Counted from the stretch's first letter, positions 36,127-47,717 are shown. The stretch: DNA of 64,000 nt from an uncultured delta proteobacterium (GCA_963842085.1 CAWJET010000001.1:2112001-2176000); one strand, 5' to 3'. Notes: a model not told the origin generated them from the letters alone. A program made the numbers and translations.

Positions 36127-36957
36127 GCGCGCTCGCTCGATCTTTAGCTGAAAGTACAAATCGCGCAGCTCCTTGAGGCTGCTGTACGTAACCCACAGCC
36201 GATATTTTTTTTGAAGGGCGTCCATCGCGTACCGGATGGTCAGATCCGGCTTGTATTGAAGTCGCGAGATTTCTGCGCGGAGATGATATGCGGCTAGATC
36301 GGCAGCGTGGAGCGGCAACATATTCTTTTTCTCGCCGCCCATCGTGATCTGCCCTAAGACGTGGCCCATTTGTAAATCCCGCAGATGGGAAAAGATTTTA
36401 ATCACTTCTTCATCGAAGAACGGCTTCATGTTCTCGAAGAAAAAGTTCACGTGACGCTTTCGCAATTCGGGCACAAACGGCCCCTTCTCGAACGAATGCA
36501 ACATTGAGTTGACGCCGATAAAGAATGGATGCTTAATCTCGTCCCGAAAAGCCTGCGGCATTTGGGCGAGGTCTTTGGCGAGAACGAATCCAGCAACGCC
36601 GAACATTGTGTGGCAATCGATAATGGACGAGAGCTTTTCGACGAATTCCCGCTCTCTTTCCTCACACCAATCGCAGAAGAATCCCCTTTTGTATTGAAGA
36701 TCGAAGGCGTGAAACTTCTCCGGGGGAACCTCAAAGGCCTTCAACGCCCGACGCCATTCCATGTCGAATTTCGCCCACTGCGGAACAGTGGCGACGTAAC
36801 CCGCCGCGCCGGTCACCTCAGATCCCGGCAGTTGCCCCGTTTCGTCATGCGTTCCGCTATCATCGAAATATCCGCGTAGTACGGCCACGATTCGATCTCT
36901 GTTGTCCTGCCCAATTTCGATAAGCGATAAAAGATTCCAGCGCTCAGGATACAACAT
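36118..36957 (-). CDS. DUF3800-like protein (IS passenger)
   Basis: GYFDDSG near the N-terminus, FHA, LHAADLAAY near the C-terminus. Confidence 0.75.
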   Translation of the reverse strand: MLYPERWNLLSLIEIGQDNRDRIVAVLRGYFDDSGTHDETGQLPGSEVTGAAGYVATVPQWAKFDMEWRRALKAFEVPPEKFHAFDLQYKRGFFCDWCEEREREFVEKLSSIIDCHTMFGVAGFVLAKDLAQMPQAFRDEIKHPFFIGVNSMLHSFEKGPFVPELRKRHVNFFFENMKPFFDEEVIKIFSHLRDLQMGHVLGQITMGGEKKNMLPLHAADLAAYHLRAEISRLQYKPDLTIRYAMDALQKKYRLWVTYSSLKELRDLYFQLKIERARLA

Positions 36958-39900
36958 TTACCCTTCCCCAGCGGTGACTGTCAACAGCAACAAAATCACC
37001 TCTCAATATGCCGATCTTGCCGAGTGGGAAAATGACCTGTTGGAATCGGAAGAAACGCAGGAAGGAAAGAAGCGCTGGCACGAAGCGGAAGCCTCGGCTT
37101 TCCGCGTTCCGAAGCTTTCCTTCGAAAAGCGACCTTCCGCAAGGGCGGCCTTCGAGCCTCGGCTTCTGGCGTCGACGGTCAATCCTGAGTTGACCTCGAA
37201 GATTGGAAAGCTCGCGGCCAAGTATGACGCCTCGGCCTCTGCGTTCTTCCTGGCTTGTTGGCAAACCCTGCTCTGGCGTCTCGCTGGCGAATCGGACTTT
37301 GTGATCGGCTTAGCGTGCGATGGGCGTACTTACGAAGGACTGCAGGAAGCGCTCGGCCTGTTTGCTAAGACGCTGCCTGTTCACTGTCGGCTCGAAGGGC
37401 AGCTTCGGTTCAGTGAAGTTCTAGAGCGGACCAACGGATCGGCGCGTGAGGCCGTTGAATGGCAGGAGTATTTCAACTTTGAAGAACTTCCTCGATTGAA
37501 TGGAGTCGAGCCGCACCGCTTCTTTCCGATTGCTTTTGAATTCCAGGATGCGGAGGCGAGCTATACTGAGGGCGACACGACCTTTTCCATTCAGAAGCAA
37601 TACTGCTGTTTTGACCAATTCAAGTTGAAACTCTCCTGCGTACGGCGACGCGAACTGCTGGCCGTGGAGCTTCACTACGATTCCAACTTCTTTTGCGCTG
37701 AAGATGTCAAGCGCTTGGCACAAGAGTTCCTGACTCTGCTCGAGAGTGCCTGCGCAAATTCGGAGTCGCCAATCGCAGATCTGGAGGTCGTGAGCCCCAA
37801 TGAGCGGCGCCAGTTGCTGGTTGAGTTCAACGATACGCGGACCGACCACCTGGAAGACAAGTGTATCCACGAACTTTTCGCGGAACGCGCTCGGTATGCT
37901 CCGGAGAATGTCGCGATCGCTTTTAATGACCACTGTCTGACCTACGCTCAGCTCGAGGCTCGCGCCAATCAGCTAGCGCATCACCTGCAAAGTCTTGGAG
38001 TCGGTTCGGAAGTTCCGGTCGTGATCTGCATGGACCGTTCGTTGGAGATGGTCGTAGGTATCCTTGCTATTCTTAAGGCTGGCGGAGCATACGTGCCGCT
38101 GGATCCGGAATATCCCCAGAAGCACTTAGCCTACGTGATGGAAGACGTTCAGGCGCCGGTACTGCTGACGCAGGCAAGTCTGCGGAACAGAATACCGGAG
38201 CTTGGAATCAAAGTGGTGTGCGTAGACTCGGACTGGGAAGCCATCGCAAGGCATAGTGAAGAGGCCCCATCGCTCAGCGCAACCGCCAAAAACGCCGCAT
38301 ATGTGATCTACACTTCCGGTTCGACCGGACGGCCGAAGGGAGTAGTAGTCGAACACGGCGGACTGACCAATATTATTAACTGGGTAATAGAGACACTTGA
38401 GCTGTCATCCATCGACCGCTGTATTTTGAAAACGCCCATCACCTTTGATGCCGCTGGACGCGAATTGTTCGCGACGCTGTTGGCGGGAGGAACGCTGGTA
38501 ATTGCGGAACCTGGCGGTCATCGTGATAGCCGATACTTGGCCGACATCATACGTGGCCAGCAAATCTCAATTCTCCATTGCGTGCCATCGCTTCTCCGGC
38601 TCCTGATCGAGGAGCCTGCTTTTGACGAAAGCCTCGTCCTGCGCGCTGTCATGTGCGGCGGTGAGGCCTTAGCGTCCGAGAGCGTCACGCGATTCCAAAG
38701 TCGCACCCGGGCCAAGTTGTACAACGTCTATGGGCCGACTGAGACAGTCATCGACTGTGCATATTGGTCATGCGAAAAGGGCCCTATTAATTCTGCAATT
38801 CCTATCGGACGACCTATACCGAACGCGCAAGCATACATTTTAGACGATTCACTTCGCCTGCTTCCGATCGGTGTCGCGGGTAACTTGTACATAGGTGGTG
38901 CGAGTCTGGCACGGGGCTACGTCGGGCGACCCGATTTGACCGCTGAGAAATTTATTCCTGATCCCTTCAGCGACGAGTCAGGGTCGCGGCTGTATGAGAC
39001 CGGGGATCTCGCGCGCCACAGGCCAGATGGAAACATCGAGTTCCTGGGTCGTGGGGATCACCAGGTTAAGGTTCGCGGGTTCCGAATCGAACTTGGAGAA
39101 ATTGAGGGAACGCTGGGACAACACCCCCTGGTGCGGGAGGCAATCGTACAGGCTCAGGAAGTCGGGCCCGAAGAGAAACGGTTGGTGGCCTATGTGGCAG
39201 CCGGGAGAGAACCACGCCCCACTGCGAGCGAACTGCGCGGTTTTCTGAAAGACAAGCTGCCCGAGCACCTGGTGCCTACGTTGTTCGTGCTACTGGACGC
39301 TTTTCCACTAACCGCCAATGGTAAGGTGGATCGCCGCGCACTGCCGCCGCCGGACGGGCGGCGACTCGAACTGGACGAGGCATTCGTGGCATGCCGCACG
39401 CCTACGGAAGAGTTGCTCGCCGAGATCTGGGCCCAAGTCCTCGGCGTCGAACGAGTAGGTGTCCACGATAACTTCTTTCAGTTAGGCGGGCACTCGCTGT
39501 TGGCTACCCAGGTCGTTTCCCGAATCCGCGAAGCCTTCCAGATGGAGATGCCGCTACGCCGCCTGTTCGAGTCGCCCACCATTGCCGGCCTTGCTGAAAG
39601 CATTGACGCGGGTCGCGGAGCAGGGCGGCAAGCTCCTCCCATTGTGCCTGTTCCTCGGGACGGAGACCTGCCTCTGTCCTTTGCTCAACAGCGACTGTGG
39701 TTCATCAATCAGCTCGAACCAGGCAGCTCTGTCTACAATTTTCCCGCCGCCGTCCGTCTCAAGGGACCGCTCAACATTGTGGCGCTCAAGCTGAGTCTCG
39801 ACGAAATCGTGAAGCGCCATGAGGTCTTGCGGACGACCTTTGCCATTGTAGATGGCCGCCCGGTTCAGGTTATCGCACCGCTCCTGACGCTGACCCTGCC

Positions 39901-42900
39901 AATAGTGGATTTGCGAGAGCTGCCCGAGACCGAGCGGGAAGCCGAGGTCCAGCGGCTCGGGACGAACGAGGCAGCGCGGCCTTTTGATTTGGCACAAGGT
40001 CCGCTCGTGCGGGCTACCGTACTACGGCTGGGCGAAGACGAGCACGTCGGGCTGCTGACGATGCATCATATTGTTTCCGACGGCTGGTCAACTGGAATCC
40101 TGATCCGGGAGATGGCGGCACTCTACGACGCCTTTCGCGCGGGAAGGCCGTCATCGCTGCCCGCGCTGCCCCTCCAATACGCAGACTTTGCCCATTGGCA
40201 GCGAGATTGGTTGCAGGGTGAGGTTCTGGAGACTCAGCTTACCTATTGGAAGCAGCAACTGTTTGGTGCGCCTCCGCTCCTGGAGTTGCCCGCGGACCAT
40301 CCAAGACCCGCTGTACAAACTTTTCACGGAGCGCAGCAATCTATTCTATTGCCCCGGACCGTCGGCGATGGATTGAAGGCGCTAAGCCGCCAGGAAGGGC
40401 TTACTCTGTTTATGACCCTGCTGGCGGCGTTCAAGGTTTTGTTGCACGGGTACACGAATCAAGACGACATCGTCATAGGCACGCCGATCGCCAACCGTAA
40501 CCGGCTGGAGATCGAGGGGTTGATAGGATTTTTCGTAAACACGCTGGTCCTGCGCAGCGACCTGTCAGGCAATCCCAGTTTTCGGGAGCTTTTGCGCCGG
40601 GTGCGGGAAGTGTGCTTAGGAGCCTATGCCCATCAAGACCTGCCCTTCGAAAGGCTGGTCGAGGAATTGCACCTGGCGAGGGATCTAAGCCGTAATCCGC
40701 TCTTCCAGGTGATGTTTGTGCTGCAGAATGCGTCGCCGCAGGCGGTGGAACTGCCGGGCTTGAGCCTGAGTCCTGTGGAAGTCGACACCCGGACGACTTA
40801 CTTTGATCTGACTCTGCATATTGTCGACACCGATCAAGGTCTCGTCGGAACATTCGCATACAACACCGATTTGTTTGATGCCGTTACTATCACACGTATG
40901 CTTGGCCATTTTGCATCCTTACTCGAATCCGTGATCGCCGCTCCCGACCGACGCCTGTCGGACCTATCGCTATTAACCGAATCAGAGCGACAGCAAATAC
41001 TGGCGAACTGCAACGATGCCGGGAGTAATCGTCTCAACGAGCATATCCATCAACTCTTCGAAGCGCAGGTCGAGCGAACACCTGACGCGATAGCGGTAGT
41101 ACTTGAAGATCAGGAGCTGAGTTACAAAGAGCTGAACCACCGGGCCAATCAACTGGCGAATCATCTGCGGGCTCTGGGAGTGGGACCGGAGATACCAGTC
41201 GGACTCTGCCTCAAGCACTCGGTGGAGATGGTCGTTGGACTGCTCGGCATTCTAAAGGCGGGCGGGGTCTACTTGCCCCTGGAGCCAGCGTATCCGAAAG
41301 AGCGACTCGCCTTCATGCTGGAAGACGCCGAAGTCCCGGTGCTACTGACTCAGGAAGCGTTGCTGCCGGGATTGCCTGAACACCACGCGAAGGTCGTCTG
41401 TCTGGATTCAGATTGGGCGGCAATTGCACAGGAGAATGCGGAGAACCTGAATTGCCTGACCATGCCGGAGAACCTCGCTTACATAATCTATACCTCGGGA
41501 TCCACCGGTCAGCCGAAGGGAGTTCTTATTTCACATGCTTCGATCGCGGCGCATTGCCTAAACAGTCAAAAGTACTACGCGCTGGATTCGAGTGATAGGG
41601 TCCTCCAGTTTGCCTCTTTGAGTTTCGATCCATCATTGGAACAAATCCTCCCTACGTTCATCGTCGGCGCGACGCTGGTCATGATGAGTACCGAGGTGTG
41701 GGATACCACCGAATTTTACAAAAAGCTTTCGGAGTTCGGCCTCACCGTACTCAATATTCCGACCGGCTACTGGCAGGAACTGGCGCGAGAGTGGGCAGAC
41801 CTTTCGGACCTGATTCCAGATAACCAGGTCAGGGTCTTAATCGTCGGCGGAGATACGATGTTGCCCGAGTTCCTCGCGCTCTGGAAGCGAACACCAATGA
41901 GTTCGATCCGTCTAATCAATGCTTACGGCCCGACGGAGACGACAATAACAGCAACTGCGTTTGAGATCGCATCGCGATTCGGCGAGGTCTCGACTCTTCA
42001 GAGGATTCCAATTGGTCGTCCACTCGCTAACAGAGAGACCTACATTCTAGACAAGTACGGTAACCCTGTTCCGGTGGGAGTTCCAGGCGAACTGCATATC
42101 GGCGGTGACTGCTTAGCCAGAGGCTATCTGAATCAAGCCGATTTGACTGCGGAGAAGTTCGTCCCGAACCCCTTCAGCGGCGAGTCCGGAGCGCGCCTGT
42201 ACAAGACGGGTGACCTCGCCCGCTATCTCTCTGATGGAAGTATCGAGTTCCTTGGTCGAGTTGATCGTCAGGTGAAGATTCGCGGGTTTCGTGTGGAACT
42301 CGGGGAAATCGAGGCAGTGCTTCGCCAGCATTCTGCCGTGCGCGAGACGGTCGTCCTGGCTCGGGAAAACGGATCCGGAGAAAAGCAGTTGGTGGCCTAT
42401 GTGATCGGCCAGCGGGATTCCCAGCCAACGGCAAGTGAGTTATGTGCCTTTCTGAATGAGAAGCTGCCCGATTATCTGATGCCCGCGGTCTTCGTGCCGC
42501 TCGATGCTTTGCCGTTGATGCCCAACGGTAAGGTAGACCGTGACGCTCTGCCGTATCCCGAGCGAACACTATCCGAATCCGGCAGGGTGTTCGTGGCGCC
42601 GCGAAGTGCTCTGGAACTCCAGCTCGTCAATCTGTGGGAAGAAGTTTTGGGTGTTCGGCCCATCGGGCTGACGGACAATTTCTTCGAGCTGGGGGGGACA
42701 TTCCTTGGCAGCAGTTCATTTGTTCGCGTTGATAGAAAAGAGACTGGGCAAGAAAGTTCCATTAGCCACCGTGTTTCAGGGAGCAACGGTTGAGCATCTA
42801 GCGAATATTCTCCGCCAGCACGCCAAAGTGGTGCCAAGTTCATCTTTGGTGGCTATTCAACCGCACGGCAACAGACGGCCTCTCTTCCTTATACATCCGG

Positions 42901-43692
42901 CCGGCGGACACATTTTCCCTTACGTTCATCTGGCAAATTGCCTGGGCTCCGATCAGCCCTGCTATGGACTCCAGGCGAGAGGACTGGAAGAGGGACATGA
43001 ACCACATCGGCGGATCGAAGAGATGGCCGCTTACTACATAAACGCAATACGGACCGTGCAGGCTGAGGGTCCGTATCTCCTGGGAGGATGGTCCATGGGA
43101 GGAGTGGTGGCCTTCGAGATGGCGCAGCAGCTTCATGCGCAGGGGCAACGCGCCTCACTGTTGGCCTTGCTGGACACGCGGGTTCCCACACCCGAGGAGG
43201 AATTTGCGGACGAAGATTTCGAGGCAACCTTGCTGGTCGATTTTGTCCGCTATTTCGGTCTTTCACTGGATCCCCGGGTTTCTCTCGCACGCCTTCCAAA
43301 GCACGAGCTGCTGGAGCGCGTGCTCGAGCACGCGAAAATAGCCGGCCTGGTGCCCTCGGATATTGAAGTCTCGCAAGCTCAGCCGTTCATCGAACTCTGC
43401 AAGGCCGATTTTCGAGCTACGCGAATCTACACATTGAATCGCTACCCGGGTCGAATCACGCTCTTCAAGGCTGCTCAGGAGCTTTCGGGAAGCTCGTCTG
43501 ACCCGACCTTGGGGTGGAGTGAGTGGGCTGCTGGAGGAGCTGACGTCCACGTGGTTCCGGGTAATCACGCTACCATGGTTTACAAGCCTCACGTCGAAGT
43601 CTTGGCTGACAAGCTACGAGCTTGTCTAGATCAGGTTCACGCGACTGAAGAAGCTTCGCCGATGAAGCCAATCGATCGATGCAGGATGCCAA

Positions 43693-43932
43693 ATGAATAG
43701 TGACGACAAGGAAGACACCACAACCTACAAAGTCGTTGTAAATCATGAAGAGCAGTACTCTATCTGGCCCTCTGAAAAGAAGATCCCTCCCGGCTGGACA
43801 CCTAAAGGCAAGACCGGTTCCAAGACCGAATGCCTGGCTTACATTAAAGAGGTGTGGACCGATATGAGACCGCTCAGTCTGAGAAAGAACATGGATCAGC
43901 GGTACAGTCAAATCCGCTCATCAAAGAGTTAA
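43693..43932 (+). CDS. MbtH-like protein
   Basis: [26 protein letters not shown]. Confidence 0.96.
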   Translation: MNSDDKEDTTTYKVVVNHEEQYSIWPSEKKIPPGWTPKGKTGSKTECLAYIKEVWTDMRPLSLRKNMDQRYSQIRSSKS

Positions 43933-43966
43933 CTCGTATCTTCTACTTTGCAAGGACAGATTCTGA

Positions 43967-44719
43967 ATGAGCCGGCCAACAACCGCCGCTGCTTTGGACC
44001 CCTGGATTTCATTCCGCAAGCCGAGCCCAAAGACCCGCGTTCGATTGTTTTGCTTCCCTTACGCCGGAGCCGGCGCGTTGATCTTTCGCACCTGGTCCGA
44101 CGCCTTGCCAGCGGATGTCGAGGTCTGCCCGGTTCAACTCCCGGGACGGGGAACTCGGCTGATGGAGCGTCCTTTCACTCGACTCTCGCCTCTTATCGAA
44201 GCTCTCGCCCAAGGCCTGGCTCCACTTTTGGACATGCCTTTTGCATTCTTCGGCCACAGCCTGGGAACATTGGTCAGCTTTGAACTCGCTCGCCGGATTC
44301 GCAAGCAATATGGCGTGCATCCTGTTCGACTATTTGTATCTGCTGGTCGTGCGCCTCAGATTCCTTATAGAGACCCGTCTATTCACACCCTGCCAGACAA
44401 AGAATTCCTGGCGGAACTGCGCCGGCTGAACGGCACGCCCAGTGAACTTTTGGACCACGAAGAATTAATGGAGATCATGCTTCCTATCTTGCGGGCCGAC
44501 TTTGCCCTGTACGAAACGTACGTGTACTCGACTGAGCCGCCCCTGAACTGTCCTATCTCCGCGTTTGGCGGCTTGCAGGATCACAAGGTGAAAGATAGCG
44601 ATCTCGAAGCCTGGCGTGCTCAGACAAGTGTTTCGTTTTCGTTGCGGATGTTTCCCGGAGACCATTTCTTCTTGAAACAGCCTCTTCTACTTAGGGCGCT
44701 CTCGCAGGAACTGCAATGA
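43967..44719 (+). CDS. Type II thioesterase
   Basis: LFCFPYAG, GHSLG, PGDHFF. Confidence 0.95.
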   Translation: MSRPTTAAALDPWISFRKPSPKTRVRLFCFPYAGAGALIFRTWSDALPADVEVCPVQLPGRGTRLMERPFTRLSPLIEALAQGLAPLLDMPFAFFGHSLGTLVSFELARRIRKQYGVHPVRLFVSAGRAPQIPYRDPSIHTLPDKEFLAELRRLNGTPSELLDHEELMEIMLPILRADFALYETYVYSTEPPLNCPISAFGGLQDHKVKDSDLEAWRAQTSVSFSLRMFPGDHFFLKQPLLLRALSQELQ

Positions 44720-44738
44720 AACCGGTAAGCTCGGCCAC

Positions 44739-45518
44739 ATGAAGACGGCCCCCATGGCCTCAACTTCTACCCAGTGGGGGTTTCCACCGGCGACGATAGT
44801 GTTGGGTGGTAACGAAGTGCATGTCTGGCAAGCCTCTCTGGACGAGCCCGCGCCGCAGCGTGATCGCCTCCTGCATACCCTTTCTGCCGATGAGCGAACG
44901 AGGGCCGAGCGGTTTTACTTTCAGAGAGACCGCGAGCGCTTCATCATCGCTCACGGAATACTCAGGGCTATCCTCGCCCTCTACTTGAACAGAGCTCCGG
45001 AATCTCTTTCCTTCTGCTACAGTTCTCACGGAAAGCCCGCCTTGGCCTGCGAATCTGGCGGGGATGCCCCCCGCTTTAACATGTCCCACTCTCACGGTGT
45101 GGCCCTTTATGCGATTACTCGCGGCCGTGAGATCGGCATCGATCTGGAATTCATCCGCTGCGATTTGGAAGCAGAGCAGATCGCCGAAAGATTTTTCTCA
45201 CGGAGCGAGATTGCGACGCTCCGGGCGCTTCCGTCCAGCCTTCGGAGACACGCATTTTTTCTCTGCTGGACCCGCAAGGAAGCCTACATCAAGGCGAGAG
45301 GCGAAGGACCCTCCATCGCCCTGGGTCAGTTCGACGTGTCGCTAATCCCCGGAAAACCCGCAGGATTGTTGAGCACCCGACCGGATTCGGACGAAGCCCT
45401 TGGTTGGTCGCTACAGGACCTGACCCTGGACTTGGGCTACGCGGCGGCTCTTGCGGTCGAAGGACGCGGGTGGAATCTATCGTGTTGGCAATGGCCACAC
45501 CCTGAGATAAAGCGATAA
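44739..45518 (+). CDS. Sfp-type 4'-phosphopantetheinyl transferase
   Basis: GKP, FNMSHS, IGIDLE, WTRKEAYIKARG. Confidence 0.95.
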   Translation: MKTAPMASTSTQWGFPPATIVLGGNEVHVWQASLDEPAPQRDRLLHTLSADERTRAERFYFQRDRERFIIAHGILRAILALYLNRAPESLSFCYSSHGKPALACESGGDAPRFNMSHSHGVALYAITRGREIGIDLEFIRCDLEAEQIAERFFSRSEIATLRALPSSLRRHAFFLCWTRKEAYIKARGEGPSIALGQFDVSLIPGKPAGLLSTRPDSDEALGWSLQDLTLDLGYAAALAVEGRGWNLSCWQWPHPEIKR

Positions 45519-45830
45519 TCGCGCTTCGGTTCGTTGACCAGCCTCTTTGCGTCGCCCTCTCCAAGGGCATATAATTAGATTACCTCGCCCCAAGAGTTTG
45601 CTTCCATCTCCATACTCTGCCCGAGGAAGTGTTGCCGTTTACGCGCGGTATTTGTGCGTGGGTATCTGCACCTAAGCAATGGCCCCACATGCATGAACTC
45701 GCGCACCGGCGCTTATGGCTGTCGGATTTAGGAGTCGCGAATTTTTAGAATAAGCACTTCATCGTTCCGAGTCCGGATTCTCGTTTCTTCGCTGATCGCG
45801 TTCGCAGCAGTTTTAACTCAATGGCCGGCT

Positions 45831-46724
45831 GTGGGGCGCACGGATGTTGTTCTGGCGCCGGGCACAGAGTCGAGTGCGGGTGGCGTGACGGATGCCTGGC
45901 TTGTGGCGCGGGGTCTAATCGATAGCTCGATGATCAGCGAACAATCCGGTAGTGACATAATCACGCCGCCGCCCGGCACCGAGGTGGACGAAACGCGGCA
46001 AACGGCGAATCTAACGGGTGAGGTGCTGAACCAGGTCAAGTCGTGGAACCAAATGGTCGGCGACGACACGATCCATGTCGAGGTGACCACGCTATCGACC
46101 TATCAGTTCGAAGTCGCCTTCTGGCTGTTTCCCAATCATCGGAAGGGTTGCACCATGTATCGGTGGACGCTGTACGACCATGGCCGCGCGCTGCAGAGTG
46201 CATTCTGGCGTAACGATGCAGCAGTGCTGCGGCTGGCCGGGGCCGCGGACTTGCCACATGACTTGTATCCGGACTCGGTTCCCTGGGTGGCGTTTCTTCG
46301 GGTCCTCGACGCGCCGCGCGACGGCGGCGAAGGCATGATTCATCAGCAGATCACGCCGTACAGCTATGTCGGTCAGGAGGTTTGGGCTAGGAGCTCCGAA
46401 CCGATCAGCGTGCCCGCCGGCACCTTCTCCGCGCTAAAGGTAACCGCGAAAGTCGATATCACGACGGTAATGCCGAACTGGCCGCGCTTTGTCCTGCAAG
46501 TCATCAAGCCGGTAATTCCCAAGAACACGCTCTATTTCGAGGCGGCGCCGCCCTATCGGCTGCTCAAGCAGGAAGGCACCACCTTTGTCGGCGGTCCTGA
46601 GGTCACCACCGAACTGATTCGCTTCTACATCGCAGGCGCGCAGCCGGTCGTCGCTTCAGCGACCGTGGCCGCCGACCACGCGCCGATCGCCGCCGTGCTC
46701 GGTGACACATCAATTCACAAGTGA
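45831..46724 (+). CDS. Hypothetical exported protein (DUF3108-like VPAGTF motif)
   Basis: EPISVPAGTFSALKV; frame stays open upstream to 45732 with a signal-peptide-like stretch, so the true start is uncertain. Confidence 0.65.
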   Translation: MGRTDVVLAPGTESSAGGVTDAWLVARGLIDSSMISEQSGSDIITPPPGTEVDETRQTANLTGEVLNQVKSWNQMVGDDTIHVEVTTLSTYQFEVAFWLFPNHRKGCTMYRWTLYDHGRALQSAFWRNDAAVLRLAGAADLPHDLYPDSVPWVAFLRVLDAPRDGGEGMIHQQITPYSYVGQEVWARSSEPISVPAGTFSALKVTAKVDITTVMPNWPRFVLQVIKPVIPKNTLYFEAAPPYRLLKQEGTTFVGGPEVTTELIRFYIAGAQPVVASATVAADHAPIAAVLGDTSIHK

Positions 46725-46809
46725 CATCTACGTGGTCAGACCCGGGGGCGTCTCGCTGAGTCGCGCGACACCCTTATTCTGTGGACCCACCTGCGATGGG
46801 CCTTTCCAT

Positions 46810-47007
46810 GCCGGCATGCGCGCGAAGCCGTCGAAAGCTGTAAGGGCTTCCTACCAGGGAGATGCGTACGCGGGGCACCGGACCGCCAGCGACGAGCCGT
46901 ACGATCCCGAAGCCTTGACGGCGGCGTCGAGCACTTTACCGATCGGTTCCTCAGTCACGGTAACCAGCCCCGCGACGGGCCGTTCTGTGAAGGTTCTTCT
47001 CTTATAA
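46810..47007 (+). pseudogene. Truncated RlpA-like (DPBB) lytic transglycosylase fragment
   Basis: ASY......GHRTASDEPYD..ALTAAS.TLP.GS.V.VT....GRSV.V then a stop before the NDRGP motif. Confidence 0.7.
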
Positions 47008-47127
47008 TAGTCTGTTTATTCCGCTTGAACGCCGAAGCTTTTGGCGGGCACCGCGGGAGGGGGGAGTCTCCCGGATGCCCGCCACCGACATCTTGACTCG
47101 GCTCGCGGCTCTCACGTGAACGAACGG

Positions 47128-47283
47128 TCAGATGGTGAGTACGCCGTTAAATAGCCAGATGATCACCACGATTGTGAGCACCAGCATCAACAAGCCGCCC
47201 GGATCTCTGGCGCCGTGATGATAGGTTCTGTAACCACCGCCGCTGCCGAACAGAATCAGCAAGATAATAAGAATCAATAACAT
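47128..47283 (-). CDS. Small membrane protein, DUF3309-like (51 aa)
   Basis: Manual translation MLLILIILLILFGSGGGY...GGLLMLVLTIVVIIWLF; paralog of 23159-23320. Confidence 0.7.
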   Translation of the reverse strand: MLLILIILLILFGSGGGYRTYHHGARDPGGLLMLVLTIVVIIWLFNGVLTI

Positions 47284-47318
47284 CGTGATTTCGCCTGCCT
47301 GGCTCAGTCAACAGCATG

Positions 47319-47717
47319 CTAATGCCATGTCAGTTGATCACTCACGCCGGTGACGCCTGGTGCGGCAGCTGCAATATCGCCGGCCCGCTTGGCGTCCTCG
47401 GCCGACTTGACAACACCGCTCAACAAAATCTTGCCATGATCGCAATCGACGGCAACAAGATATCCATCGGCGACACCGTCATGCGCGAGTGCGCTCTTGA
47501 CCTCGGTGATCAGCAGATCGTCGTGCGCACGTTCCGCCGGGGAGTTGTAATGATGCTCCGCCTTGACGTTTACAGTGTCGTTCTCGCGAGTCGCGGAGTT
47601 AGAGTCCGTCGTGCCTGGTTCGGCGCGGGCATCGGCGACAAGCAGTCCGCCGCCAATCAAGACTGCGAGCGCAAGTGATGCCACGGCAGTTCTTTTTCGA
47701 TTGCGTCTATTTTGCAT
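47319..47717 (-). CDS. Single BON-domain secreted protein
   Basis: Signal peptide, DDLLITEVKSAL, G.I.LSG.V, PGVTGVSDQL. Confidence 0.85.
   Translation of the reverse strand: MQNRRNRKRTAVASLALAVLIGGGLLVADARAEPGTTDSNSATRENDTVNVKAEHHYNSPAERAHDDLLITEVKSALAHDGVADGYLVAVDCDHGKILLSGVVKSAEDAKRAGDIAAAAPGVTGVSDQLTWH

Larger units (their letters stand above)
34869..37000 (+). mobile_element. IS1595-family insertion sequence with passenger genes, 2132 bp
   Basis: 26-bp terminal IRs GGTGATTTTGTTGCT(A/G)TTGACAGTCA (25/26 match); 9-bp TSD TCTCAATAT at 34860-34868 and 37001-37009. Confidence 0.96.
34331..43700 (+). pseudogene. Dimodular NRPS C*-A-PCP-C-A-PCP-TE, interrupted by an IS (34869-37000) and frameshifted at ~42697
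   Basis: Removing the IS and one TSD restores GDPSQY|ADLAEW; two YTSGSTGxPKG, GGHSL x2 (second broken by a G7 run), HHIVSDGWS, TE GWSMGG. Confidence 0.9.

Noticed and set aside
36902-37000. Start of the 1963-aa NRPS ORF
   Set aside because: The first ~33 codons are IS sequence; the true N-terminus is at 34331
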